Shown: positions 41,323 to 58,861 of the stretch, piece by piece
How positions within the stretch are numbered: the stretch's first letter is position 1
Layout of the letters: each line of letters begins with the position of its first letter
Assembly (NCBI RefSeq): GCF_009914755.1
Contig: NC_060936.1
Strand: one strand, 5' to 3'
DNA length: 64,000 nucleotides
Origin: the human T2T-CHM13v2.0 reference genome, Homo sapiens
The notes under the pieces: model-generated
What the model was told of the DNA's origin: nothing
What the model saw: the letters and a program-made list of their open reading frames with translations, nothing else
The model's database searches: none
Made by a program: the position numbers and the translations under genes

Positions 41323-44243
41323 GCCAGATACTTCCCTTCCCTCCCTCTGGTGGTTTCCCCAGGATTAACGGGAACTATGGACAACACTAGTTGCGGTAGT
41401 AAAGAGAACAATGGCCATCTTCTGTTGAGCACTTCCCATTTTGCTGGTTTTGAGCCACGCATTTAATAGGTATAACTCACTGAACCATCATAAAAATGGT
41501 AAGAAATGACTCCCTTTCTTATTCCCATTTTACAGAGGGAGAAAATAGAGGCTCTGGAGGCAAAGTGACTTGCTCCAGGTCACCCAGGTAATCTGTGGTA
41601 AAGCAGATATTAGAACTCGGGACCCCAAAGTGGAGCTTTTCCTGCCTCCTCGCCGCTGTCTTGTGGAGAAAGAGGGAGAGGGAGGATGTCAGAGCCATCT
41701 GGGGAGTGTCTAGGGTTTGGGGAGAGTGGCTCCTGGTGTTTGGGGACCCCTACCACATGAGTACGGACAGTGTCTCCAGAGATCCCCAGCAAGTGGAGGG
41801 AAGAGACTTTTACCATCAACCAGGTGGCCTTGGGACAGTCCCCAAAATGCCCCTTGGGTGTAGTGCCTTGGAAGCTGCTCTGGGCTGTCACAATAACCTG
41901 ATTCCACCAGGACCTCTCTGGGGTTCAGGGGGAGATGAGGGTTGTGCCACCCTTCTCTCGAGCTATTGGAAGATCAAACCAGCTGAGACCCATCCAGGCA
42001 TCAGCGTAGGGCAGGCACTTCATAAATGGTCACCGTGATAACAATTATTCTTGGTCCTTCTCTCAGGACCACACCCCTCAACCCCTGCATGGATGGTGGA
42101 TGGGTGTAAAGGGTGTCCCTTCCCCCCCAGCCTCCCAGCCACTCTGGACCCTCACTGGTGCCCACCCCTCAGTGCAGAGGTGGACCCCAGGGGAGTGGAG
42201 TGCTCTGGCGGAGCCCTGGGCAGGAGGAGGAAGGGAGGAGGCTGGCCTCACTGACGTGGCTGTCACTGAGGGGGTAATACATTATCCAGGGCTAATGAAA
42301 ACATAATTATCTTCTTTTGGCTGCAGAGAGGGGCTAATTTAATAGGCTGTGATCGAAAGGCATCTGCTGAATTCACCCAGCAGTGAAAACACTTGAAGCG
42401 CTTCAGGGGGGGGAAATGGACAGAGTGTGGCTGGCCGGGTCCGGCAGCTGTGTCCAGGTGGCAGCTCCCCTGGGAAGAAGGGGGTTCCTGGGGGTGCAGC
42501 AGAGGGGATGTGGCTGCTGGTAGGTGTCCTGTGCACAAACAGACCTGGGCTTCTTTCTTGCCATGAGTTCTGGGGCCAGTTATTTCTCTCTCTCAGCCTC
42601 ACCTTCCTCATCTGTAAAATGGGCGTTAATCCTACCTTCCTGACATTGACTGGGAGGAGCAGATGAACGATATGAGAGAGAGCCTGGCACATTCTAAGTA
42701 AGTGTTTCACAAAATTTTCATCCCTCTTCCTGGGCTGGCTCTACTCGGCCTTCAAGTCTTAGCGCGAACTCCCCCACTTGGGAGCAGCCCCAAGCACTCT
42801 GCATGTCCCTCTTCAGAACATACAAGTTCTGTGATATTTACTTGTTCAATGCCCTCATGAGGGCAGGGTGGTCTGTCTCATCCGTCACTCCAAGGCAGTG
42901 GTTCTCAAAGCGTGTTCCCTGAATGATGAGGTCAGCATCACCTGAGAACTTGCTAGTGATGCTGATTCCAAGTCCCCACCTCAGACCACCTGAATTAGAC
43001 CCTCAGGGTGGGGCCCTGCAATCTGCATTTTAAACAAGCCAGCCAGGTAATTCTGATGCATGCTCAAGTTTGAGAACCTCTGTTCCCACCAAAAACCGAA
43101 CAAATGTTTGTTTAAATAAGTAGAAGAAGAGTTTACTATTAAGCTGGGGTTCAGCTATGTGATGACAATGTCTCCCTTATTAGACACCAACTATATACCT
43201 AGTCCTCTGCATTATGCCCTTGAACCTACCAAGCCATCCCTTTATCCATCACTTACCATTTCCCACACTACTTCATCCCCAAGAAATGCCCCTTGGTCTG
43301 CCTCATTGTCCTGCCTTGCTGGCCCGTTGGAGGTGTTGGAAGACCCATGGGGTGCCTCCTCTGTGTCCTTCCTGTTCCCATGGTGCGTAGGTCCCCTCTC
43401 TCCCTTAAGCAGCCCCGTCCACCCAGGGCTTCTGATTCTGGAAAGGAATTATGCTTTTGACCCTGTCTCTGGGTATTTGGCTGGGAAAGTGATTTGGACC
43501 TGCTTGTTGTGAAGGATGGCACCCATTGGTCAGTTCTGCAGTTAGAGTAAGGAAGGGCCCTTGGAGATGGCTGCCTCCAACCTAGCGTTTTACACTGGGG
43601 AGGCCAAGATCCAGGAAGGTTTGACAATTCATCCAGGGGCAGCAGCCTATCAGTGACAGATCAGTTTCCTGTCCTAACTCCCAGTTCAGGATGCAGGGTC
43701 TGAGCCTCCTAAGAGCAAAGTGGGTGTCACTAAAGTGGCCGGGGGCATGCTTCTGTAGGACCCAGGAAAAATGAACAGCGAACAGGGTTGTCTGAGAGCC
43801 CAGAACCCCCAGGAGAGGTAGGAGCATTATAGTTTCTGGGCATGTCAAAGACTCCTCCAGATATTTACAGGACTCTGGCAGAGAATAAAGAGGGAAGAAC
43901 ACTTTAAGGCTTAAAGAGGCAGCCTGAGCATTAAAAACACTAGATTTGTGGCTGGAACACCTGCTTTCCAGACCTGGCACTTCCACTAATGTGCAATGTG
44001 AGCTCAAGGAAACTCCTTGGCATCTCTGGGTCTCAGAAGATCTTAACCTGAAGATGGCCAAGTCCCTGGAATTATATGCAAAATCAATTGCAAGTGCGTT
44101 TTGCTGGGGTAGAAGGTTCATAAGTGTGCAGCGGCTTTTTAAAGGGTGTGAGACCTTGGAAAGGTTAAAAACAATTTCTTGCCTGAGAGCCGGCTGGCAA
44201 ATTTGCAGATGCCTGAAGCTCTATGCAGACCGTTTGTCAGAGA

Positions 44244-44276
44244 TGCAGTTTCCTAAATGACCAACAGATGGCGCGC
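44244..44276 (+). promoter_or_regulatory. CTCF site with upstream motif
   Basis: TGCAGTTTCC-taaa-TGACCAACAGATGGCGC: the core matches CCASYAGRKGGCRS at 13/14 (with A at the S position), preceded by the TGCAG upstream module. Confidence 0.7.
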
Positions 44277-47044
44277 TAAACCTTCGCTGTAGCCTTCCTG
44301 TTTTCCCGGAGACCAGCCAGGTAGGTCCATGGCTTCCTATATTCAGCTTTCAGGACCAGAACCTAGGTCCCCGCTAAGCTGGGCTGACCTGGGTGGGTTG
44401 AGAATGCTGGATCACCCCAGAAACTGTCTGCATCTCCTAGTTCCCAGCATCTGTCCACATAGAGAAGGCATTAAAAAGAATGTGAGGGCATAGGCAGGAA
44501 ACGGGGTGGGGGTTGCAAGCACACCAGAGGACCAAGTAAAACATTGAGAGGAGTCCTAAGTTTGTTCTTCATACCCTCAATTGAGTCCTTCGGTTATTCC
44601 CTTCACCCTCATTACAGAATTCCCTGGTCATCTCGCCCCAATTAAAGGCAACACATTGCAAAAATTCTCTAAGCCTGGAGTTCTGATGGTCTAAATTGCA
44701 CTGGGGTATGAAGGGCTGGTCAAAGTATTTGCATTTTGAAGGCACTGTTAGAGAGAAGCCAGTGCTAACCGGTGTTGCAAATGTACATACTTCCAGGGAA
44801 CATGAAGTGGGCTGGGTGGGAGACATCAGGGAGTAGTGGAGCCTGTGGCTAACTGGAGCACATGCCCCTCCTAAAGACATTCACATTCAGATGTTTCCAA
44901 AATAGCGTTCCATCCAACTAAATCACTTGGGCCACTAGTATAGGAGCTCTGACCAAGGAAATGGGTTTCAGCCTGGTTAGTGGAGCTGTCTGAGTGGCAA
45001 AGAAGGTCTTAATCAGAATGTAAAATAGTGACTCCCAAACTCTCAGATGTATAAGAATTCCCTGAGAAGGGGAACACCAGCTCCTTGACCCTGCCCTCAA
45101 AGACTGGGAGTCTATAGCTCTTGGGTGGTACCCAAGAGGCTGTATTTTTAATAAGCTCTCCAGGGGAAACTGAGGCAGGTTGTCTTCTGGTTCTAAGTTG
45201 GCTACCCTGAGCTGGTAAGGCCACCCCAGTGTGCTGGACTGGGTCCTTACCCTTGCTCAGCAGATAACTGGAGTTCAATGACAGAGCTTCTCAGCACCAG
45301 TGACATCCCCTCAAGATGAAAGCAGAGATCTCTTACAATTCTGCCCTCCCCACCATATCACAGACATGTGCAAAAAAGATGACATGGGTTGACTTATTTC
45401 TAAGAATTAGGCAAATTCTGAGACCAGTCCCTAGGGGAGGATAATGGGGAGGTGGTTGAAAGAGGAAGAGGTAAGTGTTCTGGAAAGCTCCCAAACCAGG
45501 GCCAGGGTATCTGACTTCTTTATTTGACTCTAGCCTCCATCTGCTGTGTGACCTTGGGCAAGTCCCCTCCTCCCTCTGGGCCTTAACTTCACCATGTATA
45601 AAATTAAGAAGTGGTAGACTGGAGCATAGCTTCTTCCTCTGTTCTAGGACCACCTTGGGCTCTCCAGCAGTGTCTTGGGGTCTGCCTGTCATGCAGGTCA
45701 AGGGGGAAGGTTGGGGAGCTGAGCTCTGAGCTCACTCAGAGCTGTTCTGTTTTTAATCTGTCTGTGTATCTGGCTTCTTCATTCAGCTTTCATTGAGAGC
45801 TATTGGCCTGGCATCTTCTAGCATACATATAATCATTCTCTTTCCCCTCTTTCTGGTGGTCCACATGCCTGGCACTATGCCAGGGGGCTGGGGCAACCAA
45901 GACCCCCAGGCAGGCTTCTGGCTCATGAAGCACTCAGTGCCAATGGGGAAGTCAGATGAGCTCACAGTCCATAGGCCGTAACAACCAAGCCTGCTAGTGT
46001 GCTGACGCTTTGCAGCCTACACTGCCCAGAACCATGGAAAGGGATCCTGCTGGCCTCACCCTGAGTTTTAAAGCCTTAATGAGAGAACCCATTTTCTTCT
46101 CCACAGCCTGACAGCCTAGAGCTCTGTTAGCTTCATATGCTTTGACATTTGATTTATTCAAACAGACATGCGAGCAAACTGTCTTAGACTCTTCTCTAAT
46201 TGTGTGGAAGAGGGGAGGGTGCAATGATCGGGCGTGATATGAAAGCTTTGGAGTCAGTCCTGGGCTTTGCTACTTCCTAGCTGTGCAATCTTAGGCAAGT
46301 TAATTACCCTTTCTGAGCCTCAGCTTTCTCATCTGGCAAAACTGGGGAAAATGATAATCCCTACTTCATAGGATTGTGCTGATTAAATGAGATAGTGGAT
46401 TTGAAGCCCTTAGCACAGTATTTGGCACGTAGTACCTGCACAACAAATGGTAGCTCCTTCTCCTCCTGTTATTACTAGTGTGAGGGTCCGGCCTCTGTTT
46501 TGAGATTAGGAGCCTTTTGAGGGGTAGGAGCCATGTCCGAATCTATTCTGACGTTCTCTAGTATGCCTAGCAGTTTGCCAGTACATCCCAGGCATTCAGT
46601 TACTGAATTCAATTGCATGGAGGAATTGGACAATTTCTCTAGACCAGTGGCTCTCAAAGTGTTTTCCCCAGACCAGCATCACCTGGGAACTTGCTAGAAA
46701 TGCAAATTTTATGAACCCACTCTAGACCTAGTGAATCAGCAGCCCTGGGCATGGGGCCTGGCAATCTGCATTTCGAGAAGACTCCAGTGATTCTGGTGCA
46801 TTTTCAAATTTGGGAATCAGTTATCTATATCAATAATTTTCAAACTTGTTTTAGCTGGGGCATTAAAAAAATTCTAATGGGATTGTATGCAGAAGCCAGT
46901 ATATAAAATAGGTGAAAGGGGAGCTATTGAGGAATCATGAAGCAGGGGGCAAGATTCTTGACTGCCCTGTCCTCCTTCGGGGAGCCCCTGGAGCACTTAG
47001 GACTTCCAGGAACACAGCTTAAAAAGCACTTCCTCACAATTTTT

Positions 47045-47407
47045 CATCCTCCTACTCATCTACCCACTTATCCATTCAGCCACCCACTGACCCATCCATC
47101 CATCCATCCATCCATCCATCCATCCATCCATCCATCCATTCTTCCATCCATCCATCCATCCATCCATCCATCCATCCATCCATCCACCCACCCATCCATC
47201 CATTTATCCAGCCAGACAACGAGCCACCAACCCATCTGTCTGTCCAACAATCCATCCGTCTATCCATCCACCAACCCAGAAGTTCATCCACCAATCCATC
47301 CATCCATACATCCATCTATCCATCCATCCCTCCATCCCTCCATCCATCCATCTGTCCATCCGTCCGTCCATCCATCCATCCATCCATCCATCCCTCCATC
47401 CATCCAT
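47045..47407. repeat. (TCCA)n repeat
   Basis: Seen directly. Confidence 0.95.
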
Positions 47408-47410
47408 ATC

Positions 47411-47861
47411 TGTTGGGAGATTATGTATCTCTTGCATTTCTCTATGTCTTGCCAGCAGAGGCACTGATTGCCTTTTTATCAGACTATCCTTTTAAGATGC
47501 TTATATAGAGAACAGCTTTGGAAGACAGAAATAATGTTTCAATTCAGAGCAAAGGGCAGGCATGTGTACTCTCCAGGATGATAAATATACTATCTCGGGA
47601 AAAAAGGGCAGGTTTGTCCAGTATACAGGATGGGGTTTCCTCTCTTGTAATCCAATCCATGTCACCTGATCCTCTTTGTGTTGGGGATTGAGGAACTGGC
47701 ACAAATGCTGATACCCTGGTTATTACTGTTGCTGTGAGTAATAAAATCCTATGTCTCTGACCCAGGAATCTCATGTCTTCTGCCAACATCCATAAAACTC
47801 GGCAGCTAAATTGTTGGCTTGCATGTAGGGTAAAGCCTCCAATCCTTCACACTTCTTGACA
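47411..47861 (+). mobile_element. Solo ERV LTR (LTR47-like)
   Basis: TG...CA termini; AATAAA followed by gtctctgacccagga...cttcacacttcttgaca. Confidence 0.6.
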
Positions 47862-49556
47862 CTAGTCAGCCTCCCTCCCCATCACTCTTTCATTCCTTCA
47901 GCACAGTGTGTTGGCTACTCCAGGCATGGAAAAGAAAATCGTGTCCTAGCCTCAGAGGGCTTGCAGTTGGCTTGTCAAGGTGAAAGATAGAGACCCACTG
48001 AACACTCTAGCCATGCTGTCAGGCAGAAAGTGGGAGCTTTTTGGAAGAATGAGAAGTCTGGACTTGGGAGACAGCAGAATGTCCAGAGGAGGGCACATCT
48101 GTGAGGAGTCCACAGGGAAGGTCTCCGGACAGGACAACAGCATTCTTCTGCCCCTCCCTCTGTCCCTGCACTGCTCTGTGTTCACTCTCATCTGTCTCTG
48201 CTTCTCTACCTGGCTGAGCACTCTTTGGAGCAGAGACCACATTTTCTTCATCTCTTGGGCCCCAGCACTCCACCCAGTGTTTGGCACACAGTAGGTGTTT
48301 AGAAAAGGTTTGCTGACTCACAGGAAGAATTTCAGGTAATATTAATGATGATGATAAAAGAAATATGATGATCATAAATACTTAGGAGCACTTTAGCACT
48401 CACTATATGCCAGGCACGGTCCTAAGCTCTCACCCAAATGGGAAGTGTTATATTCATATATTGGTATATTCGCTGTCACATACTTGGTGAATGATATATT
48501 AGTGTATTAGCTGTCACCCACTTAATGAATGGCAGAGCCGGGATTTGAACCCAGGAAGACTGGCTGCAGGGTCTGTGCACTTAAATGCTACACAATGATT
48601 GCTAAAGTTGAAGAGGGAATGATAAGAGGGGGCAGCTTGGGACACAGGAAGATGGGGTAGCAACTAAAAAATAAGCTAAGCATCACTTCATCAAGATCAC
48701 CATGGTGACCATTTCTTGAGCACTTACTATGGGCCACGCTAATCCTCCTTATTCTTCATAGCCACCCTATTAGTTGGGTATTATTGGCCTGTTTTGGGGG
48801 AAACTAAGGCATAGAGAGGTAGAATTACTTGCTCAAGGATACCTGGCTAAGCAGTGGCAGCTGCAGAATTGGAGCTCAGGTTGGTTGGACTCCAGAGCCC
48901 AGTATTCTTAAAGGGGAAAGTCTGGTTGAGGTGAAGCCCTAGAGGGTTGGGGTGACCTCAAGGCAAGGGGTTTCATTGACTGGACTTTGAGGCAAGGTTA
49001 AGCTGACCTAGGTCTGGAGCCAAAGAGAAGAAAATGAGAAAAATGGGTGCCCTTCCTAAGCTTTCCAGCCAGGGTATCCACATCACTGTTGTATCCAACT
49101 GATCAATGTTATGAAAAGAGAGAGAGGGTGGGCACTGAAGCCAGGCAAGACTCAGCCCAAATCCAGCCTCTGCCTCCTGCTAGCTGTGTGACTTTGGGCA
49201 AGTTACCTAACGTCTCCAAGCCCCAGAATCTACCTGCCTGTCAAAAGCCTTGAAAATCACATGAACTAACAACTCCAAGATACCTAGTATGTACTAGGTA
49301 CCCAACCAATGTCCATTTCTTTATTTATTCAATAAATATTTACTGAAGCACCTTCTGGTGGTGCCCCACCCATATCACCTTGACACCTACCATTCCCATG
49401 CATGCTGATCTAGCTGCCAGCTATCAGCATCTGCAACTCTTTTGCTAAAAAAATGTCAGGGAATTCATACTCCCCCACCCCCCTCCTCACCCAAGAACAC
49501 TTAACCAGAGATTGACAAGATTGGGGGTATAAATACCCGAATACTTCCTTGCCCCT

Positions 49557-49917
49557 TGATATGGTTTGGCTCTGTGTCCCCGCCCAAATCTCACCTTGAA
49601 TTTTAATAATCCCCACCTGTCATGGCAGGGACCTAGTGGGAGGTAATTGAATCATGGGGGTGGGTCTTTTCCGTGCTGTTTTCATGACAATAAATAAGTC
49701 TCATGAGATCTGATGGTTTTATAAAGGGGAGTTCCCCTGCACAAGCTCTCTCTTGCATGTTGCCATGTAAGACATGACTTTGCTTCTCATTCACATTCTT
49801 CTGTGATTTCAGGCTTCTCTAGCCATCTGGAACTGTGAGTCAATTAAACCTCTTTTCTTTATAGATTACCCAGTCTTGGGTATGTCTTTATTAGCAGCAT
49901 GAGAGCAGACTAATACA
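49557..49917 (+). mobile_element. THE1/MST (MaLR) solo LTR nested in an older LTR16-like element (~49370-50110)
   Basis: TGATATGGTTTGGCT...GACTAATACA, 361 bp, with 5-bp TSD cccct at 49552-49556 and 49918-49922. Strand call follows the usual consensus orientation. Confidence 0.85.
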
Positions 49918-50279
49918 CCCCTTGAGTGGACTAACTCTGAGATGTGTTTTCTCCATTGGTTCCCATGACTGGTAATACATCCTTCACTGGCTCCTTGCCT
50001 TCTCTGTCTCGCTTCTCCATTCTCCTATCTGTGTTTCCCGAGATCACCTCCCAGAGAAATTCCTTGCATCCCAACCCTCATCTTGGAATTGGCTTCTGGA
50101 GGACTCAAATAAAAGTGAAGCTAAGACATGTACTAAACTCCTATCATATGCCACCCACTGAACTCCATCTCATGCCTGGATTAACCAGACATATACAGTC
50201 CCTGCTGTCAGGGTGCAAAGACTCAGGCCATCAGAAGAATCAATCACTAAATGAAGAAACTCATAAAGGATTAACTGGA

Positions 50280-50646
<367 letters not shown>

Positions 50647-51129
50647 TTAAGGCTCCTGTCTTAGGATGCATCTGATTCTTTCCAGAATTGTAATAACTTT
50701 TCATGCCTTTTCTTGACCACTCAATGAATAAGCATTTTGAAGCCAGAATCATGTCTCATTGTTCATAATTTGTTTTCCCCACTCAAAATGCCTGGCCCAT
50801 CGCTTTGTGTTCATTCATATGATAAATATTTATTGAGCATGACTGTATGTCGTAGGCCCTGGGGAGACCACACTGAGCTAACAGAAACGGACCCAGCCTT
50901 CATGAAGCTGATATTCTAGCTAGGGAAGCAGACCATACACAAGCAAAGACATCAATAATATAAAAGTCCACCAGTAAACAGATAATATAATGTCAAGTGA
51001 TGATGAGGACTCTGGCAAAAACACCAGGACAAGGGGGCTGAGAAGGGACTGGGCTGGAGCCAATTTTAGATAATGTGGCAGGCCCCTTGGAGGATGTGCA
51101 TACAGTTGGTGCTCCATAAAGTGTTGTTA

Positions 51130-51528
<399 letters not shown>

Positions 51529-53384
51529 TGGGAAAAGACCATGTAGAATTTTCTAGTCATTCAGAAATCTGTTGGGTCCCTAGTGCACACAGTTTTTGTG
51601 CCAACTAACACCCCCCATCACCACCACCAGAGGAAGGCGGCACTGATAATTGATCGATACTAGTAGGAGAGCTGCCAGAATCAATGAAGGGGCCATCTGA
51701 GGTCTCAGGAAACCACAGGCGCTGGTACAAACAGAGTCTGCAACAGATTCTGCAGTAAGTCTTATGACTGAGAAGTGGCTAAGGCCAGCAACAGCTGATA
51801 CTTCATGTCTGCGTCCTCTGCTGTAGGCTTCATGCTAAGTACCTTATGAGGGCCGCACCATTAAGGCTCTGATAACCCTGTTAGGCAGCTACTATTATAA
51901 CCCCATTTTCCAGGGGATGAGGAGATTAGTAACTCGCTCAGCATTGCACAGTGACCATGCAGCGTGTTCAGGGCCATGATGGGGAATGGTGGCGAAGGAG
52001 GCACAGAGGAGGCATGCCTACCCAGCCTGGGGCAAATCAATGCCTACCTCCTGGACATAACTTCTGAGCTGAAGGCTGGAGAAGGATTGGGGTTGGCTCA
52101 GGGAAGGTGAGCAGGGAGGAGGGAGAGGAACTCATTCTAGAGATATGCAAAGATCTGGAAGTGTTGGCACTTTTAGAAACCCCCAGGAGCTTATATTTTG
52201 CTGAAGGTGAAATTAACCCCTTGTCCAAGAGTTTGTACAGCTCAGGGCTTGGCTGGATGAAAGTCACGTTTCTGGAGCCATGGTGTAATCCTAGGCTTCC
52301 CCATACCCCAGGGAAATGCTGTGTGGAGGGTGTGGGCACCTCCCAGGTGATTCTCTGTTCCTTCTTTGGGCAAGGTTAGCCTTGTGCCCATCTCCCTGCG
52401 CCAACAGAGTGGAAGATCTCTGGGGTCAGTGACTGGGCTACCATCATCCTGGCAGCTAGAGGGGACTTTATATCAGCTTATGGGATTGGCTTGCATCCCT
52501 GGGTTATCGGGGGCGTTGGAGTCAACAGCTGCGGTGGGTTAAGGGTGGCTGCAGGGTCTGACAAATTTGTTAGCACATGCTGATGCTGATGCTGGCATCT
52601 AGAGCACCTCAACTTCCACCCAGGGCTGCAGCCTCCTACCCAAGCTCACCAACAGGGCTCTGAGCTGTGGTTATCAGCTTAATTAACTATCACACATATA
52701 AAGTCCCAAAGGCCCTGACCCCATCTTTCCTTCTCTATAAACACTCTGCAGTGTGAGCCACCATCTTCCTCGCCTGAGCCATGCCACCAGCCCCAACAGG
52801 CTTCCCTGATACATGCAATCCAATCTCCCAGCCCAAGTCAGCAAGATCTTTCCAAGGTGCATCTCCAGATGCATCTGACCATGCCATCTCCAGATCTGGA
52901 AGTACTTCAGTGTCCCCAGTGACCTGTGGATAAAGCCCAGATTCTGTAACATCCCTTGGTTCATTTATTCTTCCAACCCACAAATGCTGATTGAGCGCCA
53001 ATATATGATCCTTATTAGGTTTGATGAGGCATTTGCTTCTCAACTGACATCGTTTCATGTTCTTTTTGGTAGGAAGGAGCCTAGTGAGAACATTTCTTAT
53101 TTTCGTAGGCTCAGCATTTGCATCCCTTCTGCAGTGGCACCCTAATTTTCTTTGGGATGCCTCCACCCTCCTTCACTCACAGTCGTGGGACTCTGGTTCC
53201 TGTCCCTGAGGCTCAATTTTTCAGCTTTTCCTCAACATCTTGGTGCTACCTCAAATCCCTCCAATACACTCTTTCCTCCTTTGCTGGAATTTTGCCAGGT
53301 CAGTTTATGGTGCTTGAAACCAAATAAATCCTAATGAATGGGGCCACCTCTCATCTTTCAGCCTGGAAGGGGCACGGGCAATTG

Positions 53385-53649
53385 TTGGTTTGCCCCTCCA
53401 GGTCAATTCGCTACACTTCTGCACTATGCTAGGTGCCCTTGGAGGCTGACCCAATCAACAGACCTCTCTTCCAGTTGGATTCAGTCAATAGAAAACATTG
53501 GTAGGATAATGGGGGGTGGGAGGAGAGTGAGGTTGGGTTTATTCCCTCTTGGGTTTCTGCTGTGGGCTAGAAAGAGCAGTGGCTCTGTCCCTCTGTTAAA
53601 GGCTGTCTTTGCCACATAGCTCATTACCAAGTTCTGCCAGCTGCTCTCT
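53385..53649 (+). mobile_element. ERVL LTR (LTR33-like), left part, split by the L1HS
   Basis: ggaggagagtgaggttgggtttattccc motif. Continues after the L1 at 59782-59929 and ends ...cctgactgatac. Confidence 0.55.
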
Positions 53650-53953
53650 CCCTCTCATTCTTTTTTTTTTTTTTTTTTTTTTCTTTTCTTTTTTTTTTTT
53701 TTTTTTTTTATTTATTTATTTTTTTTTTTTATTTATTTATTTTTTTTTATTATACTCTAAGTTTTAGGGTACATGTGCACATTGTGCAGGTTAGTTACAT
53801 ATGTATACATGTGCCATGCTGGTGCGCTGCACCCACTAATGTGTCATCTAGCATTAGGTATATCTCCCAATGCTATCCCTCCCCCCTCCCCCGACCCCAC
53901 CACAGTCCCCAGAGTGTGATATTCCCCTTCCTGTGTCCATGTGATCTCATTGT

Positions 53954-57805
<3,852 letters not shown>

Positions 57806-57844
57806 TCATTAGTTGATGCAGTTTCTTCCTAGTCTCGATGGTCT

Positions 57845-58861
57845 TTACATTTTGGCATGATTTTGCAGCGGCTGGTACCGGTTGTTCCTTTCCATGTTTA
57901 GCGCTTCCTTCAGGAGCTCTTTTAGGGCAGGCCTGGTGGTGACAAAATCTCTCAACATTTGCTTGTCTATAAAGTATTTTATTTCTCCTTCACTTATGAA
58001 GCTTAGTTTGGCTGGATATGAAATTCTGGGTTGAAAATTCTTTTCTTTAAGAATGTTGAATATTGGCCCCCACTCTCTTCTGGCTTGTAGGGTTTCTGCC
58101 GAGAGATCCGCTGTTAGTCTGATGGGCTTTCCTTTGAGGGTAACCCGACCTTTCTCTCTGGCTGCCCTTAACATTTTTTCCTTCATTTCAACTTTGGTGA
58201 ATCTGACAATTATGTGTCTTGGAGTTGCTCTTCTCGAGGAGTATCTTTGTGGCGTTCTCTGTATTTCCTGAATCTGAACGTTGGCCTGCCTTGCTAGATT
58301 GGGGAAGTTCTCCTGGATAATATCCTGCAGAGTGTTTTCCAACTTGGTTCCATTCTCCACATCACTTTCAGGTACACCAATCAGACGTAGATTTGGTCTT
58401 TTCACATAGTCCCATATTTCTTGGAGGCTTTGCTCATTTCTTTTTATTCTTTTTTCTCTAAACTTCCCTTCTCGCTTCATTTCATTCATTTCATCTTCCA
58501 TTGCTGATACCCTTTCTTCCAGTTGATCGCATCGGCTCCTGAGGCTTCTGCATTCTTCACGTAGTTCTCGAGCCTTGGTTTTCAGCTCCATCAGCTCCTT
58601 TAAGCACTTCTCTGTATTGGTTATTCTAGTTATACATTCTTCTAAATTTTTTTCAAAGTTTTCAACTTCTTTGCCTTTGGTTTGAATGTCCTCCCGTAGC
58701 TCAGAGTAATTTGATCGTCTGAAGCCTTCTTCTCTCAGCTCATCAAAATCATTCTCCATCCAGCTTTGTTCTGTTGCTGGTGAGGAACTGCGTTCCTTTG
58801 GAGGAGGAGAGGCGCTCTGCGTTTTAGAGTTTCCAGTTTTTCTGTTCTGTTTTTTCCCCAT
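57845..58861 (-). CDS. L1 ORF1p (338 aa RNA-binding chaperone)
   Basis: MGKKQNRK start; REKG, ARR and YPAKLS motifs intact. Confidence 0.97.
   Translation of the reverse strand: MGKKQNRKTGNSKTQSASPPPKERSSSPATEQSWMENDFDELREEGFRRSNYSELREDIQTKGKEVENFEKNLEECITRITNTEKCLKELMELKTKARELREECRSLRSRCDQLEERVSAMEDEMNEMKREGKFREKRIKRNEQSLQEIWDYVKRPNLRLIGVPESDVENGTKLENTLQDIIQENFPNLARQANVQIQEIQRTPQRYSSRRATPRHIIVRFTKVEMKEKMLRAAREKGRVTLKGKPIRLTADLSAETLQARREWGPIFNILKEKNFQPRISYPAKLSFISEGEIKYFIDKQMLRDFVTTRPALKELLKEALNMERNNRYQPLQNHAKM

Noticed and set aside
40394-41466. 249-, 214- and 151-aa ORFs
   Set aside because: Translations of the GA/CT low-complexity repeat.
46937-47467. HPSI/MDGW-repeat ORFs (also 30034-30462)
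   Set aside because: Tetranucleotide microsatellite artefacts.
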